Shown here: positions 18,813 through 28,799 of the stretch, in pieces
Layout of the letters: every line of letters starts with the position of its first letter
Numbering within the stretch: position 1 is the first letter of the stretch
Origin: an uncultured Acidimicrobiia bacterium
GTDB taxonomy: Bacteria > Actinomycetota > Acidimicrobiia > Spongiisociales > UBA5794
DNA length: 64,000 bases
NCBI GenBank assembly: GCA_963792405.1
Contig: CAWBVU010000005.1
Location: 288,815 to 352,814 of the forward strand
Direction: 5' to 3'
The notes under the pieces: model-generated
What the model was told of the DNA's origin: nothing
Database searches by the model: none
The model's input: only the letters and a program-made list of their open reading frames with translations
Position numbers and translations under genes: made by a program

Positions 18813-19578
18813 GCGCCGCATCCTACCGACCATCCTCGTCGTAGCCGTCGGCTTGGCGGGATGCGCATCGACACCTCCGAGTGCCCTCGACGTGCTTCCC
18901 GACGATGTGCGCATGCTCGCCCTCGGCGACTCCTACGCGGCAGGTACGGCCATCGGGGTCGACGAGGCGTGGCCCGCGCAGCTGGCGGTGGCACTGACGG
19001 CGGAACGCAGGGTCGAGCGCTCCGTCGTTGCGGGCGATGGGTGGAACACCAAGCGGCTGAGTCGTGAGATCGCTCGTGCAGGGCTCGCTGCGCCATTCGA
19101 CCTCATCGTCCTCGAGATCGGGGCGAACGACGTGGTCCTCGACTTCGGCGAGGAGAACTTCAGGGAGGGGCTCGACCTTCTGGCCCTCGACATCGATGCC
19201 CTCGCCGCAGCCGATGCCGTCGTCGTGGTGCTGTCGATCCCCGATTTCCGCGTGTCGCCGTGGGGCAGGGAACGCCTCGACCGGGGCTACGACATCGAAG
19301 GGTTCAACGCGATCCTGTCGTCGTTCGCCTCCGGCATCGGTGCGTCGTACGTGGACATCACCGCTGCGTGCGCAGAGGCCCTGGACGATCCCTCGCTGAT
19401 CGCCCCCGACGAGCTCCACTTCGCCCCAGCCATGCATGCGACGTGGGTCGAGCGAGTGCTGGACGCCTCCGCTCCCTCAGCGGACGGATCAGTCGAGCAC
19501 CGCTCCCGACTCGGCGGAGCCGACGAGCTTCGCGTACTTGCCGAGGGCACCGGTCGGGTACCTGGCAGGGATCGGTGA
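18811..19578 (+). CDS. SGNH/GDSL hydrolase family lipoprotein
   Basis: Lipobox LAGC; [20 protein letters not shown]. Confidence 0.88.
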   Translation: MRRILPTILVVAVGLAGCASTPPSALDVLPDDVRMLALGDSYAAGTAIGVDEAWPAQLAVALTAERRVERSVVAGDGWNTKRLSREIARAGLAAPFDLIVLEIGANDVVLDFGEENFREGLDLLALDIDALAAADAVVVVLSIPDFRVSPWGRERLDRGYDIEGFNAILSSFASGIGASYVDITAACAEALDDPSLIAPDELHFAPAMHATWVERVLDASAPSADGSVEHRSRLGGADELRVLAEGTGRVPGRDR

Positions 19579-21156
19579 CCATCCTGCACGCCGTGCCGCC
19601 AGGACATCATCGTCGACGAGGAGGTCCATCCTCCGGTTCGGGATGTCCACACGCACCCGGTCCCGGTCCTCGGCGAGCGCGATCGGCCCGCCCATGGCCG
19701 CCTCGGGTGCGACGTGCCCGATGCACAGGCCCGTCGTCCCGCCCGAGAAGCGACCGTCGGTGATGAGCAGGACCGACTTGCCGAGGCCCGCACCCTTGAT
19801 CGCCGCGGTGATCGCGAGCATCTCACGCATCCCGGGACCGCCCTTCGGCCCCTCGTAGCGGATGATCACCACGTCGCCGGGCCTCAGCTCGTGGTTCCAC
19901 AGCGCCTCGAGGGCGTGTTGCTCGTCGTCGAAGACCCGCGCCTCGCCCTCGAAGACGTCGAGCTCGACACCCGCGATCTTCACGACGGCCCCTCCGGGGG
20001 AGAGGGTGCCCCGGAGGATGGCGATGCCGCCCTGGGGTGCGAGGGGCTCGTTGATGGGGCGCACGACGTCCTGATCGGTGGGCATCACGACGTCGGCGAG
20101 GTTCTCTGCCATCGTCCTGCCGGTGACCGTCACGACGTCGCCATGGAGGAGGCCCGCATCGAGGAGCTCCTTGAGCACGACGGGGACGCCGCCGATGCGA
20201 TCGAGGTCGACCATGTGGTACCTCCCGAACGGCTTCATGTCGCCGATGTGCGGGGTCCGACGCGAGATCACGTCGAAGTCCTCCAGGGACAGGTCCACAC
20301 CTGCCTCGTGGGCGATCGCCATGAGGTGGAGGACGGCGTTGGTCGAACCACCGAGGGCCATCACCGTGGTGATCGCGTTCTCGAACGCCTCACGGGTCAT
20401 GATGTCCCTCGGCCTGATGTCCGCCTCCAGGAGGGCCACGACAGCCTCGCCGGATCGTCGTGCGTAGTCGTCGAGCCTCGCGTCCACGGCGGGGACGGAG
20501 GCCGATCCGGGGAGGGACATGCCGATGGCCTCACCAACCGACGCCATGGTGTTGGCGGTGAACATGCCCGCACACGAGCCGGCTCCCGGACAGGCGTGGC
20601 GTTCGATCTCGAGGAGTCGCGCGTCGTCGATGGCGCCCTCCGAGTGGGCGCCGATGCCCTCGAAGACGTCGACGATGGAGATGTCCCTCCCGTCGAGCCT
20701 CCCGGGAAGGCTGGAGCCTCCGTAGAGGAACACCGATGGGAGGTTGTGGCGGGCCGCCGCCATGAGCATGCCGGGCAGCGACTTGTCGCAGCCTGCGATC
20801 GAGACCATCCCGTCGAAGCGCTCCGCGTGCATCACCAGCTCGACGGAGTCTGCGATCACCTCTCTCGAGACGAGGGAGGCTCGCATGCCCTCGTGGCCCA
20901 TCGAGATACCGTCGGACACGGCGATCGTGGCGAACTCGAGTCCGACGGCGCCAGCCTCACGGACACCGATCTTGGCGAATCCCGCCAGCTTGGGGCCGGT
21001 GACGTTGCACGGGGTCACCTCGTTGCCTGCGGAGACGACGCCGATCTGGGACTTCGAGAAGTCGTCCTCGCCGAGTCCGACGGCGCGGAGCATCGCCCGC
21101 GCGCCCGCCCTGGTAGGGCCGATGGTGACGTCCTGGGAGTGGATCTTGGTGGGCAT
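19489..21156 (-). CDS. ilvD: dihydroxy-acid dehydratase
   Basis: [62 protein letters not shown]; leaderless TACGCT -10. Confidence 0.97.
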   Translation of the reverse strand: MPTKIHSQDVTIGPTRAGARAMLRAVGLGEDDFSKSQIGVVSAGNEVTPCNVTGPKLAGFAKIGVREAGAVGLEFATIAVSDGISMGHEGMRASLVSREVIADSVELVMHAERFDGMVSIAGCDKSLPGMLMAAARHNLPSVFLYGGSSLPGRLDGRDISIVDVFEGIGAHSEGAIDDARLLEIERHACPGAGSCAGMFTANTMASVGEAIGMSLPGSASVPAVDARLDDYARRSGEAVVALLEADIRPRDIMTREAFENAITTVMALGGSTNAVLHLMAIAHEAGVDLSLEDFDVISRRTPHIGDMKPFGRYHMVDLDRIGGVPVVLKELLDAGLLHGDVVTVTGRTMAENLADVVMPTDQDVVRPINEPLAPQGGIAILRGTLSPGGAVVKIAGVELDVFEGEARVFDDEQHALEALWNHELRPGDVVIIRYEGPKGGPGMREMLAITAAIKGAGLGKSVLLITDGRFSGGTTGLCIGHVAPEAAMGGPIALAEDRDRVRVDIPNRRMDLLVDDDVLAARRAGWSPIPARYPTGALGKYAKLVGSAESGAVLD

Positions 21157-21235
21157 CGGCGCAGCGTACAACCTCGCGAGAATCCTCCGAAGTCCGAGCG
21201 CCGCTACCGGGAGTCGATGCGTAACCTCCCTGATC

Positions 21236-22288
21236 ATGTCCTCCGTCACCGAGACCTTTCCAGAGATCCCGCGCGTCGAGCCTCCCCCTCCCCCGCAACC
21301 GCCGGGCAAGCGTCGTCGCTGGAGTCGTGTCCAGAAGTTCGTGCTCTTCCTCCTCGGCCTCATGGTCGTCGTGGTGTTCGCCGGCTACGGGTTCCTCCGG
21401 TATACGGAGGGCAAGATCGACCGCATCGCGGCGAGCGACCTCACCTCGCTCGAGTCCGTTGCGCCGGCATCGGGCGAACCCCTCAATTTCCTCCTCGTCG
21501 GTGTGGACGATCGGTCGACGCTTCCGGACGACTGGGAGGACCACTTCGGGGAGTTCGCCGGTCGACGCACCGACGTGATCATGCTCGCCCATCTCGTGCC
21601 CGGACAGTCGATCCAGCTCCTGTCGATCCCACGAGACTGGAAGGCCGACATCCCGGGCGGCGGCACCAACCGCATCAACGCCGCCTACGTGATCGGTGGT
21701 CCCGACCTCCTCGTCAAGACGGTGCAGGCGGAAACCGGTGTCCCCGTGCACCACTACGTGGAAATCGACTTCGCGGGCGTCGGCGCCGTCGTGGACTCCC
21801 TCGGCGGCGTCACGATGGACTTCCCCTACCCGGGGCGCGACCAGACGTCCGGGTTCCAGACCGAGGCAGGCACGCAGACGCTCGACGGGGAGATGGCCGT
21901 CGCCTATGCGAGGTCGCGCCACTACGAGGAACTGCGGGACGGGTCGTGGACGAGCACGAACGGCGGTGACATCGCCCGCACGGGTCGCCAGCAGCAGATC
22001 CTCCTCGCGCTCTTCAGCCAGGCCACCTCACCGTCGAGCGCGTTCAACCTGGCCAGCTTCCTCCCGACGTTCGCGGATCAGATCACTGCGGATGAGGGGC
22101 TCGACCTCGCCACGATGGCCTCGCTCGGCAAGGGCGCCCTCACGCTCGACTCGCGCAACATCGACGCGGCGACCCTCCCCGTGAAGAACAGCAAGGGTGA
22201 CGACGGCAGGGCCTACGTCGTACCCGTCGACGCGACGCAGTCGTACATCGACGCCTTCATCGTGGGCCAACCCTTCCCCGCGGGCTGA
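21236..22288 (+). CDS. LytR-CpsA-Psr (LCP) family glycopolymer ligase
   Basis: N-terminal TM; [43 protein letters not shown]. Confidence 0.93.
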   Translation: MSSVTETFPEIPRVEPPPPPQPPGKRRRWSRVQKFVLFLLGLMVVVVFAGYGFLRYTEGKIDRIAASDLTSLESVAPASGEPLNFLLVGVDDRSTLPDDWEDHFGEFAGRRTDVIMLAHLVPGQSIQLLSIPRDWKADIPGGGTNRINAAYVIGGPDLLVKTVQAETGVPVHHYVEIDFAGVGAVVDSLGGVTMDFPYPGRDQTSGFQTEAGTQTLDGEMAVAYARSRHYEELRDGSWTSTNGGDIARTGRQQQILLALFSQATSPSSAFNLASFLPTFADQITADEGLDLATMASLGKGALTLDSRNIDAATLPVKNSKGDDGRAYVVPVDATQSYIDAFIVGQPFPAG

Positions 22289-22331
22289 CGTCACACCGAT
22301 TCGGCAATCGAGAGGTGGCGGCTCCGGCCGC

Positions 22332-23513
22332 TCAGGGTGATGTCAGCGCATCGACCAGCTCGGCGATCTCGTCCTCGGTGTTGAAGGCGTGGAAGGATGC
22401 CCGTACGAGGTCGTCGAGGTCCCTGCCGTGCATGTCGATCGGCGCGGACAGCCTGGTCGATGCCGATACGTTGATACCCCTGCCGCGCAGTGACGCCACG
22501 ACGTCGTCCGATCGCCTGCCCTCGACGGCGAACGACACAATGCCTCCCTTGACCGAGCCCTTGTCGTGCACGGTGACCCACGGCAGGTCGGCGAGGGACA
22601 ACCTCGCGAGGGCGGCGAGGTGCTGGATGCGATGCCAGATGCGGTCCATGCCGAGGTCACGTGCGTATGCGGCAGCCGCGCCCATGCCGACGACCCCCGC
22701 GAAGTTCTTCTCCCACGTCTCGTAGCGCTTGGCGTCGTCGCGCACCTCGATCCGCTCGGGGAGCACGGTCGTCGTGTTGTGCAGCTCGACGAACACCGGT
22801 GGGAGGCGGTCGATGAAGTCCGACCGAACGAAGAGGAACCCCTCACCCCTCGGGCCACGGAGGAACTTCCGCGAGGTGGCCGACATCATGTCGCACCCGA
22901 TCTCCGCGACGTCGATCGGGAGGTGGCCGACCGACTGGCACGCATCGAGGAGGAGGGGCACGCCGTGGCGCCGTGCGATGCGCCCCACCTCGGCGGCGGG
23001 GTTGACGACCGCCGAGTGTGTGGGCACGTGGTTGATGGAGACGAGCTTCACCGATCCGTCGATCGCGGATTCGAGCGCTTCGAGGTCGATGTCCCCCGCC
23101 GGCGTGTCGGGGACCACCTCGACGACGACGCCCCTCGTGTCGCGTGCATGCAGGTACGCGGCCCAGTTCGACACGTACTCGGTGGTGGTCGTGAGGATGC
23201 GGTCACCCTCCCCCATCTCGAGTCCGTAGAAGGCCATGTCCCACGCCCTCGTCGCGCAGTCGGAGATGGCGATCTCGGATGGTGCGGCGTTGACCAGGGT
23301 CGCGATCGATCGGTACACGTCCTCGATGTCAGATGCGAGCTCGGTGGCCGTCGCGTAGCCGCCGTTGAAGATCTCGTAGTCGAGGTAGCGCTGCATCGCA
23401 TTGATGACGATCTCGGGCATCAGGGACGACCCCGCATTGTCGAGGTGGGTCACGACTTCGGTCCCCGGCGTGACCGCCCGCAGGTGTGCGATCTCGAGTT
23501 CTGTGAAGCTCAC
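22332..23513 (-). CDS. class V PLP enzyme (EgtE-like C-S lyase family)
   Basis: HLDNAGSS, LDACQSVG, ATSRKFLRGPRG, VRASFHAFNT; lacks the C-terminal catalytic Cys of desulfurases; GTG overlaps SDR stop. Confidence 0.82.
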   Translation of the reverse strand: MSFTELEIAHLRAVTPGTEVVTHLDNAGSSLMPEIVINAMQRYLDYEIFNGGYATATELASDIEDVYRSIATLVNAAPSEIAISDCATRAWDMAFYGLEMGEGDRILTTTTEYVSNWAAYLHARDTRGVVVEVVPDTPAGDIDLEALESAIDGSVKLVSINHVPTHSAVVNPAAEVGRIARRHGVPLLLDACQSVGHLPIDVAEIGCDMMSATSRKFLRGPRGEGFLFVRSDFIDRLPPVFVELHNTTTVLPERIEVRDDAKRYETWEKNFAGVVGMGAAAAYARDLGMDRIWHRIQHLAALARLSLADLPWVTVHDKGSVKGGIVSFAVEGRRSDDVVASLRGRGINVSASTRLSAPIDMHGRDLDDLVRASFHAFNTEDEIAELVDALTSP

Positions 23514-24280
23514 GGGATCAGCCTTCCCTCCATGCCGCCTGCCACCGTGACCACCTGTCCCGTGACGTGGGCGCTCACACGGTCCGATGCCAGGACCACG
23601 ATCTGCCGCGCGACGTCGTCGGGGGTCGCGAGGCGCTTGCGCGCCATCGTCGCGGTCGCCCTTTCCACCTGGGAGGGATCGACGCCGGCAGCCTCGCGGG
23701 CAGGGGTGACGGTCCATCCTGGTGCCACGGCGTTGACGCGCACCCGATCGCCGATACGCGCGGCCTCGTTCTTGAGTGACAGGACGAACCCCGACGCAAG
23801 GGCACCCTTGGCCGCCGCATAGTCCGCGTGGCCGGCCTCGCCGAAGAGGCCTGCGGTCGAGGCCACCAGCACCAGCGAGCCGTGGCCCACGCGGGCCGCA
23901 TGGCCGAGGAACGCTCGTGCGGTGAGGAAGGTCGTCGTGAGGTTGCGATCGATGACCTCCCTCCACCGATCGAGCCCGAGCTCCCACACGGGTACGTCGT
24001 CCTGCGGGTACCACCCGGCGTTCGCGACGCACACGTCGAGGCTTCCGAGGACCTCCTCGGCCGCATCGAACATGGCGGTGACCTGATGCTCGTCGGTGAG
24101 GTCGGCGTACACGGCGATGCCCCCGATCTCCTCGGCCAGGGCTGCCGCCGCTTCGGCGTTCGTCAGATGATGCACAGCCACGCGAGCGCCTTCGTCGGCG
24201 AAGGCACGGCAGATCGCTGCGCCGATGCCGCCTGCCCCTCCGGTCACGAGGACGGTGACGCCGTCGAGTCCTGTGTCCAT
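23510..24280 (-). CDS. short-chain dehydrogenase/reductase
   Basis: TGGAGGIG, ANAG, YAAAK, RVNAVAPG; leaderless TAGCCT -10. Confidence 0.92.
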   Translation of the reverse strand: MDTGLDGVTVLVTGGAGGIGAAICRAFADEGARVAVHHLTNAEAAAALAEEIGGIAVYADLTDEHQVTAMFDAAEEVLGSLDVCVANAGWYPQDDVPVWELGLDRWREVIDRNLTTTFLTARAFLGHAARVGHGSLVLVASTAGLFGEAGHADYAAAKGALASGFVLSLKNEAARIGDRVRVNAVAPGWTVTPAREAAGVDPSQVERATATMARKRLATPDDVARQIVVLASDRVSAHVTGQVVTVAGGMEGRLIP

Positions 24281-24349
24281 AGTGCGAGGCTAGGCCGTCG
24301 GAACGGCCGTGCGGGACTACCGTTCGCTTCCGCGAACGGAGGCTCACGA

Positions 24350-24739
24350 GTGGAACTCCCCGAACCCGTGAGGGCTGCTCTCGACGACAAGGTGTTCGTC
24401 CACCTCGCGACGTCCATGCCCGACGGTTCCCCCCAGGTGTCGGTGATCTGGGTGGGCAGGGACGGCGACACCGTGCTGTTCTCCACGGCGGAGGGCAGGA
24501 TCAAGACCGAGAACATACGGCGCGACAACCGGGTCGCCCTGTCGTTCACGACCGTCGGCGACGACTACGTCAACTACGTCATGCGAGGGAGGGTGACGCG
24601 GTTCGAAGCCGACGGGTGGTGGCTCATCGACGAACTGGCACGCAAGTACACCGACGCGGACGAGTACCCGTGGAAGACCCCCGGTCAGGTGCGCGTGAAC
24701 GGCGAGATCGAGATCGACACACTCGGGGTGAACCGCTGA
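24350..24739 (+). CDS. PPOX-class F420-dependent oxidoreductase
   Basis: HLATSMPDGSPQVSVIW, KTENIRRDNRVALS, IDELARKY; GGAGG RBS. Confidence 0.85.
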   Translation: MELPEPVRAALDDKVFVHLATSMPDGSPQVSVIWVGRDGDTVLFSTAEGRIKTENIRRDNRVALSFTTVGDDYVNYVMRGRVTRFEADGWWLIDELARKYTDADEYPWKTPGQVRVNGEIEIDTLGVNR

Positions 24740-25173
24740 TGCACATCACCGCCGACGACCTCGTCGACGTCCTCCGTGCCGGTGACCTTCGGATCACCGA
24801 GCCCCGCAGGCTGGTCTGTGACGTGATCGCGACCAGGCACGGCGAGCACCTCACCGCCGCCGCCATCTACGACGCCGTCCAGTCGGGCGTCGGGGGTGAC
24901 CTCGATCGGGCGACGGTGTACCGAACCCTCGACGCCCTCGAGGAGGCGGGAGCGATCAAGCACGGCCACATCGGCCACGGACCGACCGTGTATCACCTCG
25001 CGGACGAGGTGCCGCATCAGCACATGGTGTGCAGCCGATGCGAGCGCACGGTCACGATCGAGGTGGGTGCCGTCCAGCCGTTCCTCGACGAGATCCTCAC
25101 ACGCACCGGGTTCGTCGTGGACGTCGAGCACTTCGCCCTCTCCGGCCTCTGCGAGGACTGCGCACGCCGCTGA
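24739..25173 (+). CDS. nur: Fur-family regulator, Nur (nickel uptake regulator)-like
   Basis: ATVYRTL, HGHIGHG, HQHMVCSRC, EHFALSGLCEDC; His pattern matches the Ni site of Streptomyces Nur; precedes a Ni/Co ECF transporter. Confidence 0.75.
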   Translation: MHITADDLVDVLRAGDLRITEPRRLVCDVIATRHGEHLTAAAIYDAVQSGVGGDLDRATVYRTLDALEEAGAIKHGHIGHGPTVYHLADEVPHQHMVCSRCERTVTIEVGAVQPFLDEILTRTGFVVDVEHFALSGLCEDCARR

Positions 25174-25220
25174 CCGACCTCCGACCGCCACGGCGATGAT
25201 GTGGCGAACCGTGACGCTAT

Positions 25221-25247
25221 CCTTGTTGCGACAGCGTCGCAACAAGG
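25221..25247. promoter_or_regulatory. 12-bp perfect inverted repeat, Nur-box-like operator
   Basis: CCTTGTTGCGAC-AGC-GTCGCAACAAGG overlapping TATCCT -10 and AAGGAG RBS. Confidence 0.75.
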
Positions 25248-25254
25248 AGCACGT

Positions 25255-25935
25255 GTGCACATCCCCGACGGGTTCATCAACGCCGGTGCGTCGGCGGTGG
25301 CGGGCGTCGGTGCCGCGGGGGGCTTCGCATACTCCGTCCGCCGGGTCCGCGGTTACCTGACCGAACGGCTCGTCCCCCTCGCAGCGCTCGTCGCCGCCTT
25401 CGTCTTCGCAGCGCAGCTCGTGAACTTCCCCGTTCTCCCGGGCATGAGCGGGCACCTCATCGGCGGCGTTCTCGCTGCGGTGCTCGTGGGCCCATCGGCG
25501 GCCTTCCTCGTCATGTCGATCGTCCTGACCGTGCAGGCCTTCCTCTTCGCCGATGGTGGACTCTCGGCGCTCGGGCTGAACATCGTCAACCTGGGTGCCG
25601 TGGCGGCCGTGGCGGGCTACTTCGTCTATCTCTCCGTCGTCCGCCTGACCTCGAGGAGCCACCGCGCGGTGGCCCTGTCCGCGGGGGTCGCCGCGTTCGC
25701 TTCGGTCCCGCTCGCGGCTCTCGCGTTCGCCGCTGAGTTCGCGCTCGGAGGTACGGCGACGTCGGTGTCACTCACGTCGGTCCTGTGGGCGATGGTCACG
25801 ACGCATCTCCTGATCGGTATCGGGGAAGGCATCATCACGTTCTTCGTCGTCCTCGCCGTCGTGGACGCGCGATCGGATCTCGTCTACGGCGCCCCCGAGT
25901 ACCTCGGAGACCGAACCGAGGCCTACGCCGAATGA
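25255..25935 (+). CDS. nikM: Ni/Co ECF transporter substrate-binding membrane component
   Basis: GTG start gives MHIPDGF (NikM-type N-terminus); SGHLIGG, QAFLFADGG, IGEGIIT. Confidence 0.85.
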   Translation: MHIPDGFINAGASAVAGVGAAGGFAYSVRRVRGYLTERLVPLAALVAAFVFAAQLVNFPVLPGMSGHLIGGVLAAVLVGPSAAFLVMSIVLTVQAFLFADGGLSALGLNIVNLGAVAAVAGYFVYLSVVRLTSRSHRAVALSAGVAAFASVPLAALAFAAEFALGGTATSVSLTSVLWAMVTTHLLIGIGEGIITFFVVLAVVDARSDLVYGAPEYLGDRTEAYAE

Positions 25936-26246
25936 ACCGGAACGTCGTCTTCGCCACGGTCGCCGTCGTCGTGATCATCGCGATCGGCGTCGTGCTCAGC
26001 CAGTTCGCCTCGAGTGAGCCCGACGGCCTCGAGTACGTCGCCCAACAGGAGGGCTTCGGCGACACCGCACAGGAGCATGACCTCGCCGACACGCCACTCG
26101 CCGACTACGGCGACAACCTCGACGCGGACCCCGTGGTGGGCACGGCGGTCGCCGCTGTGGTCGGACTCTCCGTGACCGCGGTCATCACCCTCGGCCTGTT
26201 CTGGCTGGCCCGCAGCCGGAAGCAGGAACCCTCGGCGAGGCCGTAG
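25932..26246 (+). CDS. nikN: PDGLE-domain ECF auxiliary component (NikN-like)
   Basis: ASSEPDGLE motif between two TM helices; ATGA overlap. Confidence 0.85.
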   Translation: MNRNVVFATVAVVVIIAIGVVLSQFASSEPDGLEYVAQQEGFGDTAQEHDLADTPLADYGDNLDADPVVGTAVAAVVGLSVTAVITLGLFWLARSRKQEPSARP

Positions 26247-27010
26247 TGGCAACGGCACACGTGCATGCGCTGTACCTGCACGGAGCCACACCGGTGCACC
26301 GCGTCGCGCCCCAGGTGAAGATCGCGATTGCGTTCGGCTCCCTCCTTGCGATCGTGTCCACCCCTCGGGAGGCGATCTGGGCCTTCGCCCTCTACGCCGT
26401 CCTCGTCGCCGGCATCACCGCCCTCGCGGGGATCACACCGGCCTTCGCCGCACGGCGCCTCACCGTCGAGATCCCCTTCCTGATCCTCGCCGCACTCCTC
26501 CCGGTGTTCGGGAGCGGCCCGACCACCGCGGTCCTCGGGATCGACCTGTCGATCGCGGGCCTGTGGGATGCCTGGAACATCGTGGCCAAGGCCACACTCG
26601 GCCTGTTGATCGCGACGATTCTCGCCGCCACCACGGACGTCACCGAGTTCCTCGCGGGCATGGACGGCCTCCGCGTGCCGTCCGTGGTGACGGCCATCGC
26701 AGGGTTCATGGTCCGCTACGTGGACGTGGTCGCGGGCGACTGGTCGAGGATGCGGATCGCCATGGCGTCGCGGGGACACGACCCCCGATGGTTCACCCAG
26801 ATCGGACCGTATGCGCGAACCGTCGGCGCGGTGTTCGTCAGGACCTTCGAACGGGGTGAGCGCATCTACCTCGCCATGGCATCCCGGGGCTACACCGGCA
26901 CCATGCCCACCTCGGTGCAGCCGGCAACACCTGCACCGCAGTGGTGGGCAGGGTCCGCGATCGTGGGAACCTTCTGGGTCGTCGCCATCACGGCATGGAT
27001 CGTGCGATGA
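26246..27010 (+). CDS. nikQ: ECF transporter T component (CbiQ/NikQ)
   Basis: PVHRVAPQVK, RYVDV, AMASRG twice, FERGERIY. Confidence 0.9.
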   Translation: MATAHVHALYLHGATPVHRVAPQVKIAIAFGSLLAIVSTPREAIWAFALYAVLVAGITALAGITPAFAARRLTVEIPFLILAALLPVFGSGPTTAVLGIDLSIAGLWDAWNIVAKATLGLLIATILAATTDVTEFLAGMDGLRVPSVVTAIAGFMVRYVDVVAGDWSRMRIAMASRGHDPRWFTQIGPYARTVGAVFVRTFERGERIYLAMASRGYTGTMPTSVQPATPAPQWWAGSAIVGTFWVVAITAWIVR

Positions 27011-27738
27011 GCACACCCGTCATCTCCGTCGAGCATCTCTCGTATCGGTACCCCGACGGCACCGAGGCACTCGATGACGTCTCACTGCACATCCATGCCG
27101 GCGAGCGCGTCGCCCTCCTCGGACCGAACGGTGCGGGGAAGACCACGCTCGTCCTCCATCTCAACGGCATCCACATGCCGCAATCCGGCACCGTGACGGT
27201 GTCAGGGCTCCCCCTCACCAAGGCGGAGGTGATGGAGATCCGACGCCGGGTCGGCATCGTCTTCCAGGACCCGGACGACCAGCTGTTCATGCCGTCCGTA
27301 CGGGAGGACGTGGCCTTCGGTCCACGCAACCTCGGCATCGAGGGCGACGAGCTCGACGCGAGGGTCAGCCACGCCCTCGAGGCCGTCGACATCGCGGATC
27401 TGGCGGATCGATCGCCGAACCATCTGTCGTTCGGGCAGAAGCGTCGCGCAGCGATCGCCGGAGTCCTTGCGATGCTGCCTGACATCATCGTCCTCGACGA
27501 GCCGACGGCGAACCTCGACCCTGCCGCCCGACGAGAGCTCAGCGACGTCCTCACCGCGCTGGAGGAGACCCAGCTGATCGTCACCCACGACCTCCTCTAC
27601 GCGCTGGAGCTGTGTGAACGGTCGGTCATCATCGACGGAGGGAGCATCGTCGCCGATGGGCAGACCCGCGAACTCCTGGCGGACGCGGCTCTCCTCGCCC
27701 GGCACCGCCTCACCCTTCCGTACGGGGTGTCGCTCTAG
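27007..27738 (+). CDS. nikO: ECF transporter ATPase (CbiO/NikO)
   Basis: GPNGAGKTT, FQDPDDQLF, LSFGQKRR, LDEPTANLDP. Confidence 0.92.
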   Translation: MSTPVISVEHLSYRYPDGTEALDDVSLHIHAGERVALLGPNGAGKTTLVLHLNGIHMPQSGTVTVSGLPLTKAEVMEIRRRVGIVFQDPDDQLFMPSVREDVAFGPRNLGIEGDELDARVSHALEAVDIADLADRSPNHLSFGQKRRAAIAGVLAMLPDIIVLDEPTANLDPAARRELSDVLTALEETQLIVTHDLLYALELCERSVIIDGGSIVADGQTRELLADAALLARHRLTLPYGVSL

Positions 27739-28757
27739 AGGTCCAGGGTCTCTGCGGCATCCCTCGCCTTCTGCGCCGATGCGGCATCCCTGCGCAACGC
27801 GGCCTGGCGATCGCGTGCCTCGGCACGCTCGCTGGCCGTCTCCTGTTCGTCGACGAAGTGCAGGTATGCCCGCCATCGTTCCTCCGACACGTCGCCGGCC
27901 TCGACCGCTCCGCGCACGGCGCACCCCGGTTCGCTGCGGTGGGAACAGTCACGGAACCGGCAGGAGAGGCCGAGCTCCTCGATGTCGGAGAAGGTGCTCT
28001 CGACGCCCTCCCCATCAGCGGCGAGGCCCAGTGCCCGCACCCCGGGGTTGTCGATGACGAGACCCCCACCGGGGAGCTTGTGGAGCTCCCTGTGGCTGGT
28101 GGTGTGCCGTCCTTTCGCGTCGCGCTCCCGCACGTCCCCCACCCAGGCCACCTCCTCCTCCATGAGGGCGTTGACGAGGGACGACTTGCCCGCGCCGGAC
28201 TCGCCGATGAAGGTGCCGGTCCTTCCCGCGAGTTCTGCAACGACGTCGTCGATGCCCTCACCGGTCTCGATCGACGTGAGCAACACCTCGACACCGGGGA
28301 CCCATGCCGCAACGGTGTCCCTGAGGGCGCGGGGGTCCTCGACGAGGTCGGTCTTGGTGATCACGAGCACGGGGGTCGCCCCGATGTCGGCGGCGAAGGC
28401 GACGAACCTCATGACCTTGCGTTGCCGGAGTGGACGATCGGCCCCGAAGAGGACGAACACGAGGTCGACGTTCGCCGCGATGACCTGCGTTCCCGCGTCC
28501 ATCTGGTCGCGTTCGAGGACGTTCGTCCGCTCGAGCCTGGCTTCCACCGTCTCGTTGGTGATCGTGACCCAGTCCCCCACGGCCAACGACATGCGCTTCG
28601 GGAACGTGACCTGGCCCACGGCATACGGCGTGGCGACGAGGACCTTGACGGCGTCGTGGCGGATCACCCTGGCCGGCTCTCCGATCGTCGACGATGCACG
28701 CCGCTTTGCCTCCCACGCCTCGTTCCAGCCGAGTGCGTAGAGCTTCGGGTCGATCAA
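27735..28757 (-). CDS. rsgA: ribosome small subunit-dependent GTPase A
   Basis: AANVD, TKTDL, GESGAGKSSLVN, GRHTT, DNPG, CRFRDCSHRSEPGCAV zinc finger; start uncertain. Confidence 0.93.
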   Translation of the reverse strand: MIDPKLYALGWNEAWEAKRRASSTIGEPARVIRHDAVKVLVATPYAVGQVTFPKRMSLAVGDWVTITNETVEARLERTNVLERDQMDAGTQVIAANVDLVFVLFGADRPLRQRKVMRFVAFAADIGATPVLVITKTDLVEDPRALRDTVAAWVPGVEVLLTSIETGEGIDDVVAELAGRTGTFIGESGAGKSSLVNALMEEEVAWVGDVRERDAKGRHTTSHRELHKLPGGGLVIDNPGVRALGLAADGEGVESTFSDIEELGLSCRFRDCSHRSEPGCAVRGAVEAGDVSEERWRAYLHFVDEQETASERAEARDRQAALRRDAASAQKARDAAETLDL

Positions 28758-28799
28758 CCGCCGGATCCGTCTCGCATGCCGTCAGCGTAGACGTGGCGG

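Noticed and set aside
19714-21969. Long antisense/alternative-frame ORFs (e.g. 751 aa here, 722 aa at 60366, 609 aa at 37467, 595 aa at 56554)
   Set aside because: Shadow ORFs expected at high GC opposite well-supported genes; no recognisable motifs
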